DNA of 64,000 nt, from the NCBI GenBank assembly GCA_018714965.1, contig DVML01000007.1, positions 5,323 through 69,322 of the forward strand, written 5' to 3'. Both the position numbers and the translations under genes were made by a program. Below the pieces are notes generated by a model. It had not been told where the DNA came from. It saw only the letters and a list, made by a program, of their open reading frames with translations, and did no database searches. Origin of the DNA: Candidatus Fimihabitans intestinipullorum (GTDB taxonomy: Bacteria > Bacillota_I > Bacilli_A > RF39 > UBA660). How positions within the stretch are numbered: the first letter of the stretch is position 1; each line of letters starts with the position of its first letter. Positions 56,631 to 64,000 of this stretch are shown here, piece after piece.

Positions 56631-57715
56631 AATTATCGAAGGAAATGGTAGAACCTTTACTTCATTGGTATCAAGAGAATGCGAGAAAGTTACCTTGGAG
56701 AAGTGATGCGACTCCTTACCACGTGTGGGTAAGTGAAATCATGTTACAACAGACGCGAGTAGAAGCTGTCATTGATTACTATTACCGATTCATGGAAGCA
56801 CTTCCAACAATTCAGGATTTGGCTATGATCGACGAGGAAAAACTTTTGAAACTATGGGAAGGACTTGGATATTATAGCCGTGTGCGAAATTTGCAGAAAA
56901 CAGCGCAACTTCTATGTCGAGATAATGAAGGGAAACTCCCAGAAAATTATGATGAGTTAATAAAACTTCCTGGGATCGGACCTTATACTGCAGGAGCGAT
57001 TAGCTCGATCGCATATCAGAAAAAGGTAGCAGCTGTCGATGGGAATGTTTTACGCGTCGTCAGTCGTCTTTCCTTAGATCCTGCATGTATCGATGAAGAG
57101 CGTGTCAAGAAAATGTGGAAAGAAGAAATCGAAAAGGTGATGCCGACAGAAAGTGGTATGTTTAATCAGGCTATGATGGAAATTGGAGCCACTGTTTGTA
57201 TTCCGAATGGAAAACCGCTTTGTCATGCATGTCCACTGTCACATCTATGTAAAGCATATTGTCAAAACAAAGTATTAGAATATCCTGTGCGAAAACAGAA
57301 GAGAAAAAGAGAAGTTATACCGATGACTGTATTTTTAATGTTGTATCATGATCGTGTCGCACTTTTAAAAAGAGATCATGAAGGACTGCTTGCTAATTTT
57401 TACGAGTTTCCAAATGTCGATGGAACATTATCGCAAGAAGAAGCGGAAACTTATTTAAAACAGAACAATATAAAATGGATTGGAATAGAAGAAGGACCAA
57501 ATGCAAAACATATTTTTACACATAAAGAGTGGCATATGAAAAGCTATATTGTATGGCTACAAGAACCAGTGGATTCTTATTTGTTTTCCACAGGAAAAGA
57601 ATTAAACGAAGTCTATCCGGTTCCAAGTGCCTTTGAAAAATACCGCAAATGTGTGGAAAACTTGTGGAACGAAGAGGCTTATTTACATTTTTCCACAGGA
57701 AAACTTTTAAAGTGA
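56627..57715 (+). CDS. mutY: A/G-specific adenine DNA glycosylase
   Basis: HhH-GPD motifs (VWVSEIMLQQTRV, LPGIGPYTAGAI), 4Fe-4S Cys cluster C-x6-C-x2-C-x5-C, C-terminal NUDIX-like domain. Confidence 0.75.
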   Translation: MKLSKEMVEPLLHWYQENARKLPWRSDATPYHVWVSEIMLQQTRVEAVIDYYYRFMEALPTIQDLAMIDEEKLLKLWEGLGYYSRVRNLQKTAQLLCRDNEGKLPENYDELIKLPGIGPYTAGAISSIAYQKKVAAVDGNVLRVVSRLSLDPACIDEERVKKMWKEEIEKVMPTESGMFNQAMMEIGATVCIPNGKPLCHACPLSHLCKAYCQNKVLEYPVRKQKRKREVIPMTVFLMLYHDRVALLKRDHEGLLANFYEFPNVDGTLSQEEAETYLKQNNIKWIGIEEGPNAKHIFTHKEWHMKSYIVWLQEPVDSYLFSTGKELNEVYPVPSAFEKYRKCVENLWNEEAYLHFSTGKLLK

Positions 57716-57731
57716 CAAAGGATGTGTAAAG

Positions 57732-57748
57732 TTGACAATATTTGTCAA
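57732..57748. promoter_or_regulatory. perfect 7-3-7 inverted repeat TTGACAA-TAT-TTGTCAA (operator candidate)
   Basis: Perfect palindrome ~30 nt upstream of extended -10 TGCTATACT and ~55 nt upstream of ATG 57803. Confidence 0.4.
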
Positions 57749-57802
57749 AAGAAATGTGTAAATCATTTCTTTTTTTGCTATACTAATAATAGGGTGATGT
57801 GC

Positions 57803-59068
57803 ATGCCGGACTTAATTTATTTGGATCATACTTATCAAGTGCTAGAGCGTGTTAATTTAAATCAACATAAGTATATATTTGCACTACATTTGAACCGGTT
57901 AGAATATCTAGAACATTCCGAAGGAATGACATATATAAAACCAAAGCCGGAAGATTTTAAGAATAGTAAAGATCTAACATATGTAGCAGAGCAATATTTA
58001 CTAACACAGTTTCAAAGAGATGTGGAAGCAAAGATCAACAGCGGTCAAATTCACTCTTTGGATGAACTAAAAGACACTATGAAAAATTTTAAAACATTTG
58101 CAGAACAAGACCCAAAATTACACAACTTAATGCAGGTAAATCAGAATATGAGCTTATCGGATCCTAAATTCATGAAGATGGTGACGGAAATGATTCAATA
58201 TTATGAATCGAGAGGAATCGACAGAACACCATTAGAGTTAGAGAATGCAAAAAAAGTTGATGCGAACGATAAGGAATACATCCAACATGTCGATCAACAG
58301 GGAAACGTGAGTGTCGTAGAGAATAATTCTGTATTTGGTGTAAAAGAAGAATACGAGCGAAGAAAAGATGATATAAAAGATCTTTCAAAAGAAAGTGGAA
58401 GCTTAAATGCAGATACGATTTTTAAAGACATGGAACAGTCTAAAATTGGAGTTCATCTTGAACAAGCTCATCAAGTCAATAAACAAGAGTTAAATACGGA
58501 TGAAAAGGAACGTATGAATACTGTAGAGCAAACTGTAGATGATGAAGTTTTATATGATCCAATTAATAACATATATTATAATGCACGGACCCAAGAGGTT
58601 TTAACAACAGAGCAAAAAGATGGTATGATTGCAGTAAAACGAACATCTGGAACCAATCACGAGACAATGAATGATGGTACGATAAGAGATGAAGAATTCG
58701 ATGCTATTCCGATGGAAGAGTTTCAAGCTGATTGTTTGTTAGCTGAAGAGATGATCAATCAAATGAGCGATGAAAAAAAAGACATCAATGTGGATGAACT
58801 CGTAAGCAGAATTGTCAATAAGAAAGCAGCGATGACACCGGAACAAAGAAGAGAATATCAATCTAAATTATCTAACTACGTTCAATTCCGAATGGAAAAA
58901 TTAAGAGAGTTGGAGCCAGAACAAAAAAGTATGGGTGGATACCAATATCAATTAAAACCACCAACACGTACAGAGGTAAGTGGGTATGCAACGCCAGTAT
59001 TACTTGGAATGCTCGTTGGATTAACATTATTTGCGGCACCAGTGATTGCACTTTTATTTCAAGCGTAA
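57803..59068 (+). CDS. hypothetical charged protein with C-terminal TM anchor
   Basis: Start at ATG 57803 (RBS AGGGTG, 6-nt spacer); ORF-track start 57722 overlaps promoter/operator; last 30 aa hydrophobic. Confidence 0.45.
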   Translation: MPDLIYLDHTYQVLERVNLNQHKYIFALHLNRLEYLEHSEGMTYIKPKPEDFKNSKDLTYVAEQYLLTQFQRDVEAKINSGQIHSLDELKDTMKNFKTFAEQDPKLHNLMQVNQNMSLSDPKFMKMVTEMIQYYESRGIDRTPLELENAKKVDANDKEYIQHVDQQGNVSVVENNSVFGVKEEYERRKDDIKDLSKESGSLNADTIFKDMEQSKIGVHLEQAHQVNKQELNTDEKERMNTVEQTVDDEVLYDPINNIYYNARTQEVLTTEQKDGMIAVKRTSGTNHETMNDGTIRDEEFDAIPMEEFQADCLLAEEMINQMSDEKKDINVDELVSRIVNKKAAMTPEQRREYQSKLSNYVQFRMEKLRELEPEQKSMGGYQYQLKPPTRTEVSGYATPVLLGMLVGLTLFAAPVIALLFQA

Positions 59069-59224
59069 TTGTGCAAAAATTGGCATATAAAAAAATAAAA
59101 AGGGAATTGGCTTGAAAAATAAAAGAAAAAAGAGAATCACAAAAAAGATTCTCTTTTTTCTGTGTTTAAAAAGACAAAAAATTTACCAACATAATCATAG
59201 AATGTTAATAGAGAGGGAGATAAT

Positions 59225-61549
59225 ATGTTTGGAAATTTTACAGAAGAAACAAGAAAAATACTAGTAATTGCAAAATCAGAGATGAAAGCATTAAAACATC
59301 CATATGTAGGTAGTGAACATTTATTACTCGCTATTTTAAAAAATAAAAATAATGTGTCAAAGAGGTTAGGAGAGTATGACATTACTTACGAAAATGTCAA
59401 ACAAGAAATAGAGCGAATCATCGGAGCTGGTTCGATGGAAGCAACGTGGTTTTTATATACGCCACTATTAAAGAGAATTTTAGAGAATGCGATCTTAGAT
59501 AGTAAAGAAAATAACCAAAGTGAAGTAACGACAGAACATTTGTTTTCTAGTTTGCTAGAAGAAGGAGAAGGTGTTGCAATTCGTATTTTGTTAGGAATGG
59601 GAGTAGACTTGGATGAATTATATGGAGAATTTTCTTATAAAATCAATCGTTCAGTGAAAGGGAAGAAACATAAGAAATTATTGTTGGAAGAATTGGGAGT
59701 AGATTTGACGAAAAAAGCGAGAGAACAAGAGCTTGATCCCGTGATTGGACGTGAGACGGAAATGCAACGTGTGTTAGAAATACTATCCCGTCGTACGAAA
59801 AATAACCCCCTATTAATAGGGGCGGCAGGTGTAGGAAAAACAGCAATTGTAGAAGAGTTGAGTCGTCGTATCGCACTAGGGGATGTGCCGATGGCTTTAA
59901 AGAATAAACGAATTATTAGCCTCGATATGGCAACGGCTGTCGCTGGTACAAAATATCGTGGGGAATTCGAAGAACGCATTCGAAAAATATTAAAAGAAAT
60001 CGAAGAGAACGACGATATCATTCTCTTTATCGACGAAATTCATACGTTGGTTGGAGCTGGAGGAGCGGAAGGTGCAATTGATGCATCAAACATTTTTAAA
60101 CCTGCTTTAGCACGAGGGAAACTACGTTGTATCGGAGCTACGACAATACAAGAATATAAGAAGTTTATGGAGGAGGATAGCGCATTAGAGCGACGTTTTC
60201 AAAAGGTATATATCGAAGCGCCGACAAGAGAAGTAGTAAAAGAAATTTTAATGAAGTTAAAACCAATTTATGAATCTTTTCATTACGTTACGGTAAAAGA
60301 AGAGATGATTGATTTTATGATAGAGTTGAGTGAAAGGTATATCTATGATCGGAATCAACCGGATAAAGCAATTGATTTGATGGATGAAGTTTGCGCGAAA
60401 GTAAGTTTAAAAGAAAGCAAAGAATATACTAAGTATCATCAACTAGGAAAAAAGTTGAAAGAGGTTATAGAAGAGAAAAATCAAGCAATATTAGATAACC
60501 GTTTTGATATCGCATCGAAATGGAAAGAAAAAGAAAATCAATTGGCAGATCAAATGAATCAACTAGAACTCAAATTATATCATAAGAAAAAGACGAAGAC
60601 TGTGACGAAAAAAGATATCGCAGAAGTACTACATTTAAAGACGAAGATTCCTGTCTATGAAATATTAAAAGAGAATAAGCGAGTAGTAGAAGAAATCGAA
60701 AAGAATATTACGCATCATATCATCGGACAGAAAAAGGCTGTCGAAGAGACGATTCAGGTGGCAAAGCGAATTAAACTAGGATTAAAAGAGGAATGCAAGC
60801 CTTATTCTATGCTATATTGCGGTCCGAGTGGGGTTGGGAAGACGGAGTTATCTAAAGTGTTTGGATCCGAATTAGTAGGAAAAGAAAACGTGATTCGTCT
60901 CGATATGAGCGAATATACAGAAGCGCATTCAGTGAGTAAAATTGTTGGTGCTCCACCGGGATATGTAGGGTATAAAGACCATCAAAATGTTTTAGAGGAA
61001 ATTAGGAACAAGCCTTACTCTGTCTTAATTCTAGATGAGATTGAAAAGGCTCATCCAAGTATTATTCATCTTTTATTTCAAATTTTAGATGAAGGAAAAA
61101 TAAAAGATTCCAACGGAGTGGTAGTACGTTTTGATCATGTTGTTATATTGATGACTTCCAATATTGGATTCCATGAAATAAATATCGGTTTTACAAAGGA
61201 AAACAACGATGTGGTATTGACGAAGTTAAAAGAAAATTTTTCGGTTCCTTTTATCAATCGCATCGATCAGATTATTGTGTTTGATACGCTTCAAGAATCT
61301 GAGATTCGTCAGATTATCGAGCAACAATTAGAAACATTGAAACAAAAATATAAAAGGAAGGGAATTCAAATTAAATTTGGACGTGAGATTCTACCTTCTT
61401 TGGTTAATTTGAGTGATTATCGCGAGTTTGGTGCACGAAGAATTTCTAAGTTAATCAAGGATAAAATAGAAAATCAAATGATGGAAGATATATTGAATCA
61501 TAAAGAATGTATTACGATAACCAAAATAAAAGAAGAGGCGACCGTTTGA
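59225..61549 (+). CDS. clpC: Clp/Hsp100 ATPase with two AAA+ modules (ClpC-like)
   Basis: Clp_N repeats at N-terminus; Walker A GAAGVGKTA and GPSGVGKTE; 774 aa. Confidence 0.65.
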   Translation: MFGNFTEETRKILVIAKSEMKALKHPYVGSEHLLLAILKNKNNVSKRLGEYDITYENVKQEIERIIGAGSMEATWFLYTPLLKRILENAILDSKENNQSEVTTEHLFSSLLEEGEGVAIRILLGMGVDLDELYGEFSYKINRSVKGKKHKKLLLEELGVDLTKKAREQELDPVIGRETEMQRVLEILSRRTKNNPLLIGAAGVGKTAIVEELSRRIALGDVPMALKNKRIISLDMATAVAGTKYRGEFEERIRKILKEIEENDDIILFIDEIHTLVGAGGAEGAIDASNIFKPALARGKLRCIGATTIQEYKKFMEEDSALERRFQKVYIEAPTREVVKEILMKLKPIYESFHYVTVKEEMIDFMIELSERYIYDRNQPDKAIDLMDEVCAKVSLKESKEYTKYHQLGKKLKEVIEEKNQAILDNRFDIASKWKEKENQLADQMNQLELKLYHKKKTKTVTKKDIAEVLHLKTKIPVYEILKENKRVVEEIEKNITHHIIGQKKAVEETIQVAKRIKLGLKEECKPYSMLYCGPSGVGKTELSKVFGSELVGKENVIRLDMSEYTEAHSVSKIVGAPPGYVGYKDHQNVLEEIRNKPYSVLILDEIEKAHPSIIHLLFQILDEGKIKDSNGVVVRFDHVVILMTSNIGFHEINIGFTKENNDVVLTKLKENFSVPFINRIDQIIVFDTLQESEIRQIIEQQLETLKQKYKRKGIQIKFGREILPSLVNLSDYREFGARRISKLIKDKIENQMMEDILNHKECITITKIKEEATV

Positions 61550-61552
61550 CAG

Positions 61553-62167
61553 TTGCTTCTTTTTCGAGGCTCTAAAAGACTTGCAAAACTTTTCAGAAAT
61601 GATATAATTATTTCAGGTGATATTATGAAGAGTATAGAAGATGTACAAGTAGCCATGAATAAAAATGCTTATTTAACAGATGAGATCAAGGCAAACATCA
61701 TGTCACTCGTAAGTATTTTTCATAATCGCTTCCCAAATGTGGATTTAGACAATTTATGTAAAAATTTAACAACGTTAAAAATTGATAAAGCGACAAAGTT
61801 TATTACTTTAGAACCAATTTCATATAATGGAATGTTGAATGTTCTATCGATTAATAAAGGATCTTTAAAAGAGGTTCCAGATGCGAAAAATTTATTGATG
61901 AGTGCAATTATTTGTATGATTGCTACCAACCAGAGAGGAATTACAGGTTTTTGTGACAATCCAAAATTTGAAGCGTTGAATGCAGGATATGTCGCAGGAA
62001 TGGCAAATATGTTAGTTGGAAATGATAGCGACGTCGATTATTACACTGATGAAATTATCGCAACTAATTTATTTGGTCAAATTGTAGGACCAGATGTGTT
62101 AGCAAAAGCATTTTTTGAAAATAATTCATCAATTATTGTAAATCAATTTATGAATGCGGGGGAATGA
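61553..62167 (+). CDS. hypothetical protein
   Basis: ORF only; likely true start ATG ~61625. Confidence 0.35.
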   Translation: MLLFRGSKRLAKLFRNDIIISGDIMKSIEDVQVAMNKNAYLTDEIKANIMSLVSIFHNRFPNVDLDNLCKNLTTLKIDKATKFITLEPISYNGMLNVLSINKGSLKEVPDAKNLLMSAIICMIATNQRGITGFCDNPKFEALNAGYVAGMANMLVGNDSDVDYYTDEIIATNLFGQIVGPDVLAKAFFENNSSIIVNQFMNAGE

Positions 62168-62170
62168 AGA

Positions 62171-62503
62171 ATGGTGTTAGACGATAAGATGGAACAATTA
62201 GATGCGTTTTTGAATCAAACAGCATACGTATTAAATCGCAGAAAGAAGAGTCCAGGATATCCAAGTAAAATTAGTGAGAATACGAAGGACTTGACAAATT
62301 TGCTTTTGATGACGAATCCAAGTCAAGAGAAAATTGACGCATTCCTAGCTTATGTTCCAGGAGAATGGATGTTGCAAGGAACAGTCGATGAAAGACATTT
62401 AAATGTAGGAATAGAGACGCTTCCAGAGGAAGTAAACCAAATGATTGCTACATATAAAATGGGAGCAAAAACGGAAACAGGACCGAATTTACATTTATCG
62501 TAA
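62171..62503 (+). CDS. hypothetical protein
   Basis: 110-aa ORF. Confidence 0.35.
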   Translation: MVLDDKMEQLDAFLNQTAYVLNRRKKSPGYPSKISENTKDLTNLLLMTNPSQEKIDAFLAYVPGEWMLQGTVDERHLNVGIETLPEEVNQMIATYKMGAKTETGPNLHLS

Positions 62504-62560
62504 ACCCGGTCTTTTTTTTTAAAATGAATCATGTTATACTAAAAATAGAAAGTAGGGGGA

Positions 62561-63301
62561 ATGAAAATGGCACAGAAAAGACAATCCAACAAGAAAGAGA
62601 AAGGTGTGTTAAAGAAACGACCACAATTAAAGGAAATCCCTCAACCTACGAAATTGTTGTTAGGTATGGCTTTTGCTATTATTATGTTAAGTGGTTATCT
62701 TTTGATTTCCAACATTGTACATGCTTTTGCAGTTAGTGAGAAAGTAGTAATCGATTATTCTAGCTATGAAGCTGGTGTGTTGAAAACGACATTACATGAG
62801 ATGAATGCAAATTTGATCCAATTGAATCAAGCGACATCTAGTAGTTTCTTGACAAGTATAGAATTGGAAGAATTAAAAGCGGATTTTAACGAAAGTATTG
62901 AGGCCATGAATCAATTATCATATTTAACGGAGCGCGGAAAGAAAAAAGTTAGCCAAAAACAGTTATATGAAATTTATAAAGAAAATAAAAAATTACAAAT
63001 GATTTCTTTACTTCGGATTTATACAAAATTAGAAAAAATGGATCCAAGTTATCAAGTGACAAGAGATGCGTTTACGCGTAATGTTTTAAATTTGATGTTA
63101 GCAAGTGGCTCTATCTCTAGAGAGCTTTACAATAACTTCCGTTATACTTCATTCGATGATAGTGATATATTAGGAAGCATTAGCTTCGATCAAAGTGGAC
63201 AAATTCCATCGCAGACGATGCAACTAACGACAAATTATGTACAATTGACAGATGCACTATTAAAAATGGTATTAACGAAGGGAGGACTGGTCTATGCATA
63301 A
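62561..63301 (+). CDS. hypothetical membrane-anchored protein
   Basis: One N-terminal TM; coiled-coil-like remainder. Confidence 0.4.
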   Translation: MKMAQKRQSNKKEKGVLKKRPQLKEIPQPTKLLLGMAFAIIMLSGYLLISNIVHAFAVSEKVVIDYSSYEAGVLKTTLHEMNANLIQLNQATSSSFLTSIELEELKADFNESIEAMNQLSYLTERGKKKVSQKQLYEIYKENKKLQMISLLRIYTKLEKMDPSYQVTRDAFTRNVLNLMLASGSISRELYNNFRYTSFDDSDILGSISFDQSGQIPSQTMQLTTNYVQLTDALLKMVLTKGGLVYA

Positions 63302-63713
63302 GAAATTATTTTATTTCAGAACGGCTTTTTTAGAGTTAAATACGATCCTTTTTGTGTATTGTCTTATCCGAGGTGGATATTATAATGTGATTTTAGCGGG
63401 ATACTTCACGTTGTTGATTATTTTGCTTCAAATCCTAACTTATTTAGAATGGAAAAAACAAAAAAAGGAATTAATGGAAGATATGTTATTCCACATATTA
63501 TCTATTACTTGTCACGCTTCTTTGTTTGTTGTATTATTACGTACGGTATTTGATCAGAATATTTTATCTACTTATTTCTTAGAAGAACAGGGAATTGCAA
63601 CACATGGAATTAATATCATGTATTTAAATTCGAATTTTATTTACATCAGCATCCTATTTATGTTATTAATATTATATGGGTGTATCAAAGGAAAAACAAA
63701 AAAGCGATCATAG
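63294..63713 (+). CDS. hypothetical integral membrane protein
   Basis: 139 aa, 4 TM helices, 8-nt overlap with upstream gene. Confidence 0.4.
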   Translation: MHKKLFYFRTAFLELNTILFVYCLIRGGYYNVILAGYFTLLIILLQILTYLEWKKQKKELMEDMLFHILSITCHASLFVVLLRTVFDQNILSTYFLEEQGIATHGINIMYLNSNFIYISILFMLLILYGCIKGKTKKRS

Positions 63714-64000
63714 TGATTGCTTTTTTCTACTTTGTTAGCACAATGATAATGTTTTAAGAGATGTTATTGATGCATTTAAAAAAATTGTTATGATAAAAGA
63801 TGAGTGTTTGAAAATTTGTGTTTTGACATGAATCGATATGTATGAGAAGATGAGGTAGAGGAGGAATGAAAATGCATACATTGCGCAGACATGAATTGAT
63901 GCGATACTTAGATAAGGACGAGAGTCATCAATGGAAGGAATGTTTGATTTGCAGTTTTATTCCAGCATTCTATCATAAGAAAGTAAAAGTTATAGAAGCT

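Noticed and set aside
62495-62520. Possible terminator after ORF 62171..62503 (T9 run)
   Set aside because: The T-run is preceded only by a weak 5-bp stem (gaccg/cggtc) with a ~20-nt loop. It is not convincing as an intrinsic terminator.

Overview
This is a 64-kb window from an AT-rich, low-GC, endospore-forming Firmicutes chromosome. The low-GC Firmicutes assignment is inferred from the dacB-spmA-spmB and gerA operons, a T-box leader, standard genetic code and SD-type RBSs. Almost all coding is on the + strand.

The first ~20 kb (about 2.2-19.9 kb) is one tightly packed, co-oriented block. It has its own promoter (extended -10 at ~2.2 kb) and terminator (~19.9 kb). The block combines two things.

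(i) A Tad/Flp-type pilus module: a CpaB/RcpC-like SAF-domain protein, a TadA/CpaF secretion ATPase, two TadB/TadC-like polytopic proteins, a 58-aa Flp-like prepilin and two tandem TadE-like paralogs.

(ii) A Gram-positive conjugative type IV secretion system (T4SS) module with Prg/Pcf-like gene order:
- three paralogous VirB2/TrbC-like two-helix proteins
- a VirB6/PrgH-like protein
- a VirB3/PrgI-like protein
- a VirB4/PrgJ-like ATPase preceded by a separately encoded 181-aa ORF
- a membrane-anchored CHAP cell-wall hydrolase (PrgK-like)
- a small Ig-like membrane protein
- a VirD4/PcfC-like coupling protein with a long proline/charged C-terminal extension

No relaxase, integrase or prepilin peptidase is visible in the window. 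Such a Tad-pilus + Gram-positive T4SS hybrid is, to my knowledge, not a described architecture and is the main candidate for a novel system.

The remaining ~44 kb is largely housekeeping:
- rhodanese, rmuC, a UvrD/HelD-like helicase
- two tRNA clusters (10 + 3 tRNAs) with consensus promoters and terminators, plus a lone tRNA-Ala
- a YfhO / NodB deacetylase / GT2-TPR envelope block
- a T-box(Asn)-asnS unit, an orphan type IV pilin-like gene, dacB-spmA-spmB and rluB
- a divergent gerA (A-C-B) germinant-receptor operon
- rlmD and a ~1-kb AT-rich islet (carrying a JAB-like ORF) bounded by an imperfect direct repeat of the rlmD 3' end
- suhB-like, GH3 hexosaminidase, RluA-family synthase, a coupled ArsC/Spx-like - UDG-like - mutY trio, a clpC-like ATPase and several hypothetical membrane proteins

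All calls rest on motif reading of the supplied ORF translations and hand inspection of intergenic DNA; no searches were run.
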